A stretch of DNA of 64,000 nt from the NCBI GenBank assembly GCA_000004695.1, contig CM000152.2:2624001-2688000 (forward strand). The letters run 5' to 3'. A program made the translations under genes and the position numbers. Positions within the stretch are counted from its first letter, which is position 1, and every line of letters begins with the position of its first letter. Origin of the DNA: Dictyostelium discoideum (lineage: Eukaryota). This document shows positions 1-10,953 of the stretch, piece after piece. The notes beneath the pieces are model-generated. The model was not told where the DNA came from and did no database searches. It saw only the letters and a list, made by a program, of their open reading frames with translations.

Positions 1-706
1 TGGGTCAGTTACCATAACAGCAACTTCACCAGTACCGAGAGTTGATTCAACTTTGTAAGCAACACCAATGGTGAAAGTGGTACCGTGTGGACCAGAAGCT
101 GGTGAAACATCGCTAGTTAAAACAGTGGCATTACTATTTTGATTTTTTGGGCAAACAGTTAATTCTTCACAAATCCAAACTGGATCAGCATCTTCACCAA
201 TGTTATTGAAAACTTTAAGGAATTCATCAATACCAACGATATCACATAAAAGATTGCAAGCACCTAAAATTAATAAAATAAAAAATAAAAAAATAAAAAA
301 AATAAAAAAAAAGTATTAAAATTTGTTTGAAGTATTAATAGTAAAAGTAATAATAAAAATAAGATTTTTTTTTTTTTGTTTTTTTTTTTTTTCTTAAATC
401 TTACCTTGTTCAATATTATTTGGGAGTAATGAACAAACGGCACCACATGAAGTGGCAATACCACCTGAAATAATTTTTTCTAAATCACCCATATCGTTAT
501 TGATGAAGTCGACGCTAATTAAAAAAAATAAAAAAATAAAAAAATAATAATATTAGATATAAAATGAAATATTATTATTTTTATAATTATTTTTTTTTTA
601 TTTCTTTTTTTCACACATACCATGTTGGACATAAACTGAATTGGAGATCAGCTTTGACTAATGAAGCAATGAATAAAATAGCAATTGTGATATATTTAAT
701 CATCAT
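1..706 (-). CDS. Secreted small cysteine-rich protein with saposin-like (SAPLIP/amoebapore-like) Cys spacing; exons 621..706, 405..514, 1..263 (3' end beyond window start)
   Basis: Minus ATG at 706 followed by hydrophobic signal peptide MMIKYITIAILFIASLVKA; donors GTATGT (620) and GTAAG (404), AT-rich introns ending AG; junction phases consistent (…LCPT|CVDFINNDMGDLEKIISGGIATSCGAVCSLLPNNIEQ|GACNLLCDIVGIDEFLKVF…); paired cysteines. Confidence 0.55.
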
Positions 707-1509
707 TTTTTATATATATATTCTCTATGTTTTTGATAAAAAATGAAAAGAAAGAAAAAAAAAAAAAAAAAAAAAAAAATGAAAAAACGATTCAAAAAAA
801 AAAAAAAAAAAAATAATAATAATAAAAAAAAATAAAAAAAAAAATAATTAAAAATATCTTGAGGTCGATGATTTCATTCACAATTGCACAAACCCATTTT
901 TTTAAAAATTTGTGATTTTTTTTTTTTCCAATAATTTTTTTTTTTTTTTTTCAAAACGACTAATTTTTGTATGTGATTTTTTTTTTTTAAACAACTACCT
1001 TTTTGTATGTGATTTTTTATGATTTTTTTTTTTTCACTTTTTTTTATTTATTTATTTATTTTTCATTTTCCATAGTTCACGTATAAATGTCTTTTGAAAA
1101 TTGTTTAAAAAATAAATTGAGAATAAATAGATTTTTAAAAAAAAGATTGATTAAAATTGTATCAAAAAATAATTTTTTTATTCTTATCATTTCTTTTTTT
1201 TAATTTTTTATTATTTTATTATTTTATTATTTTATTAATTTTTATTTTTGTTTCTGAATTCTAATTAAATTTTTTATTTTTTTTATGAAACAAACTGCAA
1301 GAAAAAAAAAAAAAAAAAAAAAAAAAAATTAAAAAAAAAAAAAAATTTAATGTGGTAAACAAAATTTTATTTTTAGCTTTTTTTTGAATAAATTAAGTAC
1401 TTCTTCTGATAAAATGATTAAGAATTTCAATAGAAGGGACACTGGTATTCGAAGATATTATTGTGTAGTTTTGAGAACTTGTGGTGGTCGAGGAAATTAA
1501 TTCTGGTGG

Positions 1510-1620
1510 GTTTTGTTGGTGAATAATAATTATACTCAAATAAATAATAATATTTTATCAATTATTATGGCTTAAAATATTATTATTTATTTGAGTGTAA
1601 TTGTTATTCACCAACAAAAC
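1510..1620. repeat. Near-perfect 47-bp-stem hairpin (arms 1510-1556 / 1574-1620, 17-nt loop); candidate hairpin RNA or MITE
   Basis: Left arm gttttgttggtgaataataattatactcaaataaataataatatttt vs reverse complement of right arm differs at 2 positions, both G:U-compatible. Confidence 0.6.
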
Positions 1621-2011
1621 ATTATCATTTCGGCTTGAGATTTTAGGTCTTTTTGAAGCACGTAGTGGGACGTACCATTTAACTAAAAATTAAAGTTAGC
1701 ATCAAAATTTATTTAATTTTTAAAAATGATATAAATAAATTAATTATAAAAGTATATATACTAACATTTTTAAAAGGTTGTAGTTATTTCCAAAGAAAAT
1801 GATGGCGGTGAGGTCGAAAACAAGAGATCAGAGTTACCCAAACAAATTCAATCCCAGCACTTCACTTTGGTTGGTAAAATCACAGCAATCAAATCTGGTT
1901 ATGTTCCACAAATGAACAATAGTTTAAAAAGAGTGAGTGTTGAATTTCCTGCCTCTGTTGGTGATGTATTTATTAACAATTCTGGTTTCGTATGTATAAT
2001 TTCAACTTTTT

Positions 2012-2400
2012 TTTTTTTTTGAATTGGATAACGCAATTATTAGTTGCTTCTCCTTGAGATTCTAGATCTCATTTTATTTGTAGTTTTTACAGGGTCTCTA
2101 AAAGAGGGGTCACTTTTTTTTTTTTTTGTTTCAAATTTTGAATTGTATTATTACTTTTGATTAAAACATCTTTTTTGTCCAAACTTTTTTCTAAATCTTT
2201 TTTTATTTTATCATCAGCTTCATGATTGATGTTGATGACATATTTGAATTGTTTTTTTTTTATTTGAGTTTTATCCACAATTTCACTTATTTTTTGTAGG
2301 CATTTGTGTTGTTTGTAATTTTCATCTTATTTTCTTTCGATTTTTTTTATATTACTTTAAAAAGTTAAAAATCTGGAAATTTTCTGCAGCTCTTTGTGTT
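2012..2400 (-). mobile_element. TRE5-A non-LTR retrotransposon remnant (A/B-module incl. frameshifted ORF1 start fused to C-module, oligo-A tail)
   Basis: Reverse complement matches 51760-51960 (B-module/ORF1 N-terminus MKITNN…DKTQ.KKKQFKYVININHE.DDKIKKDLEKSLDKKDVLIK) and the C-module 53753-53844; T-run 2012-2025 is oligo(A) on minus strand. Confidence 0.7.
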
Positions 2401-3143
2401 TTAATTAGTTCGCGTATGACTTGTTGTCTATGAATTATTATTTCTTTTTCATCGTGGATGAGTTTGTTTCTTTTGTGCCAAATTATATAATTTCAACAAT
2501 CTTATAAAATATATATAAAATATAATATACTTTATGTGAATACATTTTCCTGGCGGCTTCAACTTTATCAGAATGGGACATTTGTTCGATTCTTTCAGGA
2601 GTATATCTAAGTTTATTCATTATCATAAAAATAAAATGTTTTTTTTATCTATTAATTGTACAATTGTAATATTATAAATAAAATGGTAAATTTTTTGTTT
2701 TTTTCATTTTAAGGTGTCCTAAGTTTGTCATTAATTAAAAAAAAAATTAAAAATAAATTTATTTAATTTGAAATCTATGAAAATTAACTTTTATAGATTT
2801 GGATTGTTTATTTTTTATTTATTCCCATATAAAATTTAAAAAAAAAAAAAAAAAAAAAATCTTGCAATAAATTTAAAAAAAAAATACGAGTTTTTATTTT
2901 TTTTTATTTTTTTTATTTTTTTTTTTTTTTTTTTAATTTTTTTTTTTTTTTCCCATAAATCTTAAAAACATCACCATTTATTTTTTGTTTCTAAATTCTA
3001 GTTTAAAATTTAAATTTTTTTTTATTTTATTATTTATTTTATTTCACACCAAAATGTTCGTTAATATTCCGCGGAATCCCAAATAATAAATGATTCTATT
3101 TCATTTTAAATTAAAATAACAATAATAAAAAAAAAAACACTAT

Positions 3144-3182
<39 letters not shown>

Positions 3183-3201
3183 TTTCAATTCATAATTTTC
3201 A

Positions 3202-4062
3202 ATGAACAAAAATAAAATAATAATAATAGCAATATCTTTGTTTTTTATATATTATTTCTTTTTATCAAGTTCAATTAATAAAAATAATACCAATAACAAT
3301 AATAATTTAAATAATAATAACAATAATTATAATAATCATAATAATTTAACAATTCATCGAAAACAAAAAATGTCAAAATTATTTAATTCAATCTTTATTT
3401 CTCATGGAGCACCAAATCTTATCTTAGATCATTCGGATAAAACAAGAGAATTTTTAAAAACATTATCAAAAAATCATTATGGTTCAGTAAAACCAAAAGC
3501 AGTTTTATTAATATCTGTAAGTATTATTACTATTATTATTATTTTATTTATATATTTATATATTTTCAAAATTTTAATTTTTTTTTATTGTTATTATTAT
3601 TTTTATTTTTTTTTTTAAATAGGCGCATTGGGAAGAAAGAGAATTTACAATTCAAACTAAACCAGAACCAGATGTAATTTATGATTTCGGTGGATTTGAA
3701 CCAGAGATGTACAGAATGAAGTATCCAGCAAAAACATCACCAGAATTAATTGATAGAGTATCAGAATTATTTGCAAAAGCAAAGATACCATTAGGAAAAG
3801 ATAATAAACGTGGATATGATCATGGTGCTTGGATGCCAATGAAATTGGTATATCCAGAAGCTGATGTACCAATAGTTCAATTATCTATAAAAGAAAATTT
3901 AAATGCTGCTCAACATTTTCAAATTGGTACAATTTTAAGACCATTAAGAGAAGAAGGTTATTTAGTTTTAGCTAGTGGTGGATCTGTTCATAATTTAAGA
4001 GCAATTTTTGATCCAAAATATCATTTAGATCCATCTTGGGCTTCAAAGTAAATATTATTAAT

Positions 4063-4101
<39 letters not shown>

Positions 4102-4376
4102 TTAATAATTATTATTTATAAATTTATTTTAGTTTTGAAGCATGGTTACAAAATACAATTTGTGAAAAGAGTGGTAAAGAACGTGAGGATGAACTTTTAA
4201 AATATGAAAGTTTACCATATTATAAACTTGCACATCCACGTTCTGAACATTTAATACCAGTTTTTGTAGCAGCCGGTTGTGCATCACCAGATTCAAAAGG
4301 TGTTAGAGTACATGATTTTTGGAAAACACCAGTTTTTAGTGTTTCAAGTTATTTATTCAGTGAACCAAACAATTAA
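3202..4376 (+). CDS. Extradiol ring-cleavage dioxygenase, class III subunit B (LigB/DOPA-dioxygenase family); exons 3202..3516, 3623..4047, 4133..4376
   Basis: Translation contains SHGAPNLILD…, HGAWMP, VLASGGSVHNL, IPVFVAAG motifs typical of LigB/YgiD; GTAAGT donor at 3517, GTAAAT at 4048, acceptors (t)nAG at 3622 and 4132; phases consistent. Confidence 0.75.
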
Positions 4377-4469
4377 TAAATAAAAATAAATTATTTATTT
4401 TACACATATAATAATTGTTTTGTTTTTTTTTTTAAAAAATTTATTTATTTGTTTTTATTTTTTTATTTT

Positions 4470-6347
4470 TTAAAAATTAATAGAAAATAAAGAGTCATTA
4501 TCATAATCATCATTATTATTATTATTAAAATTTTGATAATCTTCTAATTTAATAAAAGGTAATAAACCAAATGATTCCCATAAAGGAATTTTATTTGGAT
4601 TATTATGATTTAAGAATTCTAAAATATTTAAAGATTGGAAATATTGACCTTCTAAAAGTTTATCAATTAAAATTTTATTTTCATTAGTGAAAATAGTTAA
4701 TTTTAATCCACCTAAATTTGAAAAATGTGAAATTAATTTTTTAGATAATGAATCACTTATATATGGTATTATGATAATTTGAAATAATACATAAAGTCTA
4801 TCACTATTTAAAATTATATCATCTGATGGTGATGATGATGATGATGGCAATGGCATACCTTTAAATTGTTGTTCATTTAAATTTATTTGACCAAAACCAT
4901 TTGAAAGTAATTTAAAAATATTATAATATTTAAATTGATTTAAACCAAAGATTAATTCAAAGAATGGATTAGTTTCAATACAATTTGAATGAGATAAAAG
5001 TTTTGCTAAACAATTTAATAATGTTGAACAATTAATTTCAAAAAATGAAATATTTGAAATGAAGAATAATAATTGTTTAATATTACCATCAATAAAATAT
5101 TTTTCAATAATTGATGATAATTCATTTAAATTTAATGGAATCTTAATTAATATATATTTGTTTGGGATTTTATATTTTTTTGAACATAATAAAACTGCCA
5201 AATCCTTTTCAATTTCATTATATTTTTTTAAATTATTTAATAAATAACTTGTAATTATTGAATTCTCACCAATCATATTACAAATTGAATTAAAATTTTT
5301 TAATAAATTATTATTATAATTATAATTATTATTATTTTTATTCTTTGATAATTTTACTAAATCATTAAAATTTTGAAATTTATAATTATTAAAATAATCT
5401 TTAAATTCTAATACCATTTTTAAAAATATTTTTCTATTCTCTATTGGTTTTGGTAAATCACAAAGAAAATCTAAATATATTTCATTGATATCAGGTGAGG
5501 TTGTTTTATAAAAATATTTATTTTTTAAAATTGGTAATAATAGTTTGAAAAGATATGGATATCCAATATGTTTATGATTTGGTAAAGATTTTCTTAATAA
5601 TAAAATACAACTATGATTATTTAATGGTTCATAAATTGCTGAAGGTCTTAAAATGTCTATCTTTTCATTGATTATATAAGTAACTAAATTTTCATAACCA
5701 AGATCTATTAAATCTGATATTTTATTTATTGTTAATGAAAAAGAGGTTAAATAATCATCAAAATACTTTAAATTATCATTCATAATTTTACATTTATAAT
5801 AATCATTTTCCATTAATTTTGGTTTAAAATAAATTTGATTTCTAATGATATCATTTTCTCTAATACATTTATATTTAAAAATGATTTTACTTTTTGTTGT
5901 TTTAAAAGAGTTTATATTAAATTCATTTAATTGAACATTATTCTTTTTTAACATTTCAATAATATAATCAGCATAATCTGGATCGTTAACTTCAAATGGA
6001 TTAATTGGTCTATTATTTGCAAATAATTTTAATTCTAACCATACAGTTTCATTCATTAATTTAAATAATGGTAACATTTGTTTATTAGTTTTAAAAATTT
6101 TTAAATTAATTATATCTGCCAATTCTTTTAATGAAATTCTTTCACCAAAAATTTCAACAATACTTGAATCATCTTTTTTAAATTTGAATTTAAATTTTGA
6201 AAATAATTTCTTTACTAAATTTAAATCATCATTTTCAATTGATACATTAATTAATTTACAAATTTTATTAAATGTTTCATTATTTCTTTTAAAAAATGCA
6301 TCATTATTTAACAAATTAAATAATTCATTCCTTATTTCATTTATTGA

Positions 6348-6407
<60 letters not shown>

Positions 6408-6968
6408 GTTATTATTATTATTATTATTATTATTAATATTATTATTATCATAAGAATTTAATAAAATTTCTATAATATCATCATTTGTTAATAAAATTTT
6501 AAAAAATTGATCATCACAATTAAATAACCACCTTAATTTATCAATTGATATAAATGGTATTAACTTGAATAAATGATTATTTTCACATTTTTCAATACCT
6601 TCTAATAATCTTGATTTAAAAGTAATACAAACTTTTTTAAATAAATCTATATCTAATTCTTTCCATTTTAATAACATTAAATATTGTTCCCAATTAAAAT
6701 CTAAATGAAATTTTATAATTTCATCATCATCATTAAAGTTTTTATTATTATTATTATTATTTATCAATAAATTTTTGGAATTTAAAAAATCATTAACTTT
6801 ATTTGATAATAATACTTGATTTTTTATTTTTATTATAAATTCTATTGATAATTCGTAATAGTTAAATCTTTCATAAAAAAGATTCTTATTTATTTTTTTT
6901 ATATTTTTAAATATTAAAAATCTTAAATATATATTTCTATAAACTTGTAAAAATAGATCTTCATTCAT
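4470..6968 (-). CDS. Hypothetical protein, 832 aa, with long poly-N tract; single exon
   Basis: Uninterrupted minus-strand ORF with Dictyostelium-like codon usage, A-rich upstream region; no recognisable domain. Confidence 0.6.
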
Positions 6969-6969
6969 T

Positions 6970-7015
<46 letters not shown>

Positions 7016-7221
7016 AAAAAAAAAAAAAAAAAAAAAGAAAAAAATAAGAAAAAAATTGAATATTTATTGATTACTTTTTATAAAAAATATCTGTTCAACA
7101 AATTTTTTTTTTTTTTATTAAACCATTTTATTTTTATTTTTATTTTTATTTTTTTTTTTTTTATTTTTTTTTTTTTTTTGGTTAAAGTATTAACAAGAAG
7201 TAAATAGTTTGCCTGTATCAA

Positions 7222-7854
7222 TTATTTTACTGCTTTCAACACTTTGGATTGTAATTGAAATGAATTGACCACTAATTGAATAATAATAATATTAGTTGGC
7301 CAATAATTATAAGTGGTTTGAGTTAGATTTACAAATTGTGAACTACCACTAAGTTTAATTGAAACTTGTTTTATATTAATTGCAGAATTAAAAATTAAAA
7401 AAGATGTCCAATAAGCATTACTTCCATCTTTCATCATAACTTTAACATTTCCAGTTACAGTACAGGGTACTTTTACATATGATAATCCATCTAATACACC
7501 CTTTGATTGTAATCCTAAAATTGAGAATGCATTTGGTGATAAACCAAAATGATTATCTCTTTGACAATATCCAGCTTCATTACATGAATCAGTGGCCATT
7601 ACTGTTACTGATGAACCATTAGAATTTGAAATTTTAAAACATTGGCCACATTGTGCACCTACAACAAATTTATTAAATAAAAATAATAATAATAATTTTT
7701 TAATGTTGATATTTTTTTTTTAAAAATTAATAAATTTAATTTATATTATAAACAAACCATTTTGATATAGCTTTGTACCTAATGCACAAATCAAATAATT
7801 TCCAGGACCAGTTGGGCCTGTCAACAAACCATATCCACAGTTTCCATTATCCAT
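7222..7854 (-). CDS. Expansin-like protein (DPBB domain), exons 7758..7854(+?) and 7222..7658; N-terminus/signal peptide not found, possibly pseudogene
   Basis: MDNGNCGYGLL…GAQCGQCFKISNSNGSSVTVMATDSCNEAGYCQ…; 99-bp AT intron 7659-7757 with GT…TAG; upstream ATG (7895) hits stop after 8 codons. Confidence 0.55.
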
Positions 7855-8002
7855 TGCACTATTGAAAGTAGCTGAAGCACCATTAATTGATGATATTGAT
7901 TTTAATCATTTTTTAAAATTTTTTTTTGTAAATATTTAATTGTTTTAAATTATTTTTTGATTAGGTGCTTTGAAAAAAAAAAATTTAAATGGTTTATATA
8001 GG

Positions 8003-8054
<52 letters not shown>

Positions 8055-8481
8055 TAGTATTTATAATTATATGAATTTAAAATTCATAATAATTAATTTA
8101 TAGATTTCAAGATTAAAGTTAAAATTAAACATTTAAGACAATATTTTTCCCCAAACAAAAATAAAATCCATTCTTTTAATTTTTTTTTTTCAAACAGCAA
8201 ATTCTGAAATTTCTTATATAATCTTTTTGAAAAATAAAAATAAATTAAAAGTTATTTATTTGTAATATATTGAGATAGGTATTTTTTTTTTTTTTGTTGT
8301 ATTTTTATTATTTTTATTTAAGTTTCAACAAATGATTTATAATTTAAAAACCAATATGGATAAAATGTTTAATTTACAATTTGTTTTTTAATTTTTCCTA
8401 AAGCTTTGAAAATACTATTTTTTTTTGAATTGGAATTGAAAATACTATCAATATCGCTATTAAAAATTAAATTTTCAACAA

Positions 8482-8553
8482 GTTTCGATAGCTCAGTGGA
8501 AGAGCAAGCGACTGCAAATCGTTAGGTCGCCAGTTCAATCCTGGTTCGGAACT
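8482..8553 (+). tRNA. tRNA-Cys (anticodon GCA)
   Basis: Cloverleaf: acceptor GTTTCGA/TCGGAAC, D-arm GCTC-AGTGGAA-GAGC, anticodon loop CTGCAAA, T-arm GCCAG-TTCAATC-CTGGT. Confidence 0.85.
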
Positions 8554-8666
8554 TTCATTTTTAATTTTTTATTTTGTTTTAAATGATTGCCCCCTCTGTT
8601 TCCTCTCGATTTATCATATTTTCATTAAAATCTGACCATATTTAAAAGAGATTCAGTCATTTTAAA

Positions 8667-8687
8667 GTAAAATTATTATAAAAAAAA
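8667..8687. repeat. Left target-site duplication of TRE3 element (gtaaaattattataaaaaaa)
   Basis: Identical 20-bp copy at 13936-13955 immediately after the element poly(A). Confidence 0.7.
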
Positions 8688-8851
8688 CCGTACCGCGATC
8701 AAGAGGATACAAGATAGACGTGAAAAGTAATTCATCCTTTTCTATCCTTAATCTCGGTCAATTTTAACCAATCTTTCAAAAAAAATCACCAATCCACCAC
8801 GATCTACAGATCTAACTTACCAAATCGCCGATTCAAAGGAATCCCATCGAG

Positions 8852-10105
8852 ATGAATTCCTACGCAGACGCGGCTAAAATGGCCAACCCCTCCACCCATA
8901 TGGACGAGGCATCAGAGAACTTCATTAAGGAATTCTCCACAAAAACAGCAGAGATAAAGGAGACCTACCCCAAATTATCAATAGGCCTCAAAGACATCTC
9001 CAAATACTGCGAGACCATATTGAACATGACTGCGCTCTCAACCTACGAGAAAAACAACGGATTCTACCCAATTACACTCGAATTCCCCAAAATGGATCTC
9101 ATGGGGTTAGAAGAAATGAGAAAAACACTCTCAAACTACGATATCCCAATCGACAAGATATACATAGGCAAAGGAACTAGAAAAATGATCCACCTGATGA
9201 TTAAAAACGAACAATCTCTCCTAAATATCATTAGAGATAGAAGCAAATTGGGAACCTTCATCACCTCCAGTAGAGACTACCACGTCCTCACAGGAAGAGT
9301 AAGAATTCCAAGAGAAAAGGCAGGAATAGTGGACGCCCTCATCAAAACTGCCTTTGCAGAAGAAATACCCTATGCAATATACCATACTATATACTCCACC
9401 GACCACCTCCTAGTATTCGGTCTAATAGAATGCAAAATAGGCGATCAAATGAAATCTGGCCAACACAATACAGAAATCGCCAACTTTACCATCAGAACGG
9501 CCACCAAAACCTACTCCTCACAAAAGAAAAATAAGAAAGTAGAGTCAAACAACACGGAAGAACCATTAGAAGATGAGATGACAGATGATCCTCCCAACAC
9601 CCAAAACAGGATAGCAATCAAATCCTCTCAACCAAAACCACAACAACAAACAAACAACCCAGCAAAAAATCAGTCTGATAAACAATCAACCCAAGAGAAA
9701 AAAGCCCAATCAAAAAAGCCCTCTCAACCTCTTCCCCCCAAAAACCAAGCAGAATCTCAATCTGTCAAACCCACCACAACCACTACCACAACATCCAACG
9801 CCATCCAAAAAGACAATGCCAACAAAACGAGCACTAACATCCATTCATCCTCGGAAAACAGAGAGAAGACACCAAACATCCCTCCATCACATAAACGCAA
9901 GAACGAGGAAATCCACTCAAACAACGAGGTCACCCAACTCTCACCAACAATAAACAGAAGCAACCCTTACATCCCATCCACCCCTAAGACACCTGTCAAA
10001 AATGAAAGGAAAGGAATCATTGAGAGCTTCATAGAGAGTATCTACCCTTCACCATCCAAACCGCAGCTATACGACTCCCAAGAGGAGATCGATATCATCT
10101 CATAA
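8852..10105 (+). CDS. TRE3 ORF1 (nucleic-acid-binding/Gag-like protein)
   Basis: 417-aa ORF, basic/Q,T,N-rich C-terminus; stop TAA overlaps next ATG (TAATG at 10103-10107). Confidence 0.7.
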   Translation: MNSYADAAKMANPSTHMDEASENFIKEFSTKTAEIKETYPKLSIGLKDISKYCETILNMTALSTYEKNNGFYPITLEFPKMDLMGLEEMRKTLSNYDIPIDKIYIGKGTRKMIHLMIKNEQSLLNIIRDRSKLGTFITSSRDYHVLTGRVRIPREKAGIVDALIKTAFAEEIPYAIYHTIYSTDHLLVFGLIECKIGDQMKSGQHNTEIANFTIRTATKTYSSQKKNKKVESNNTEEPLEDEMTDDPPNTQNRIAIKSSQPKPQQQTNNPAKNQSDKQSTQEKKAQSKKPSQPLPPKNQAESQSVKPTTTTTTTSNAIQKDNANKTSTNIHSSSENREKTPNIPPSHKRKNEEIHSNNEVTQLSPTINRSNPYIPSTPKTPVKNERKGIIESFIESIYPSPSKPQLYDSQEEIDIIS

Positions 10106-10953
10106 TGGTAGTAATCAAAATCAACCAATGGAATGTCAGAGGTTGGGGCACTGACACCTCCTTCAAAAACAAAACAGACTTTATCAAATCCCAATCCCCC
10201 CCAAACTCATTGGCACTAACCATAGTCAATGAACTCAACGCCGACGCAACACAAGCACACCAGCTATTTCCTGGCTCCATCATTAGCGCAACCAACAGAG
10301 GCAACGGAATAGGAATACTAAACCACAACAACCAAAACATAAAACTCTCACCAATATTCATAATAGAAGGTAGACTAATAATATCAGACATTCTAATAAA
10401 AGATACCACAACGAGAATCTTGGCCATATACGCCCCGGCCCAACCTGATAAAAGAAAAACACTAGCTTCAACACTAAACAAACACTTCAACAACCAATAC
10501 CACAACCTAACGTCTAACCCTAATAAAAACATCGACATCATAGCAGGCGACTTCAACTGTTTAGACTTCAATGACAATCACACATCAAATGATGACCAAG
10601 GCAACTTGACAACACAATCCCCAGATGAGATGGCCACAGTAATCGAAGCCATCAGAATTTCAAATAACCTAATGGATATGGACCAACTAAATAAAAGACC
10701 CACCTTCTCAAGAACGATACACAACACAAACAATAACCTCACAAGAATCTTGGAAAGGAGACTAGACAGAATATACCTTAACAATAGCATAATCAACTAC
10801 AGCCAATTATACTTAAGGAACCTAATCCCCCCAAAAATTAACAACATACCTCTATCAGATCACAACTTCCTATCAACCACCTTCACTCTACCCAACATAC
10901 AGATGAACATGCGCAGATGGAGATTAAAAAATCCTCAATCCTCTCAAGCATAA
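10105..10953 (+). CDS. TRE3 ORF2 N-terminal part: apurinic/apyrimidinic-like endonuclease domain
   Basis: WNVRGW…, IAGDFNCLDFNDNH, LSDHNFL motifs of L1-type EN; overlaps RT ORF by 37 nt. Confidence 0.7.
   Translation: MVVIKINQWNVRGWGTDTSFKNKTDFIKSQSPPNSLALTIVNELNADATQAHQLFPGSIISATNRGNGIGILNHNNQNIKLSPIFIIEGRLIISDILIKDTTTRILAIYAPAQPDKRKTLASTLNKHFNNQYHNLTSNPNKNIDIIAGDFNCLDFNDNHTSNDDQGNLTTQSPDEMATVIEAIRISNNLMDMDQLNKRPTFSRTIHNTNNNLTRILERRLDRIYLNNSIINYSQLYLRNLIPPKINNIPLSDHNFLSTTFTLPNIQMNMRRWRLKNPQSSQA

Noticed and set aside
5059-6453. Plus-strand ORFs 5059..5247 and 6184..6453 inside the 4470..6968 gene
   Set aside because: They are antisense of a well-supported long ORF. The poly-L frame is the complement of the poly-N codons.
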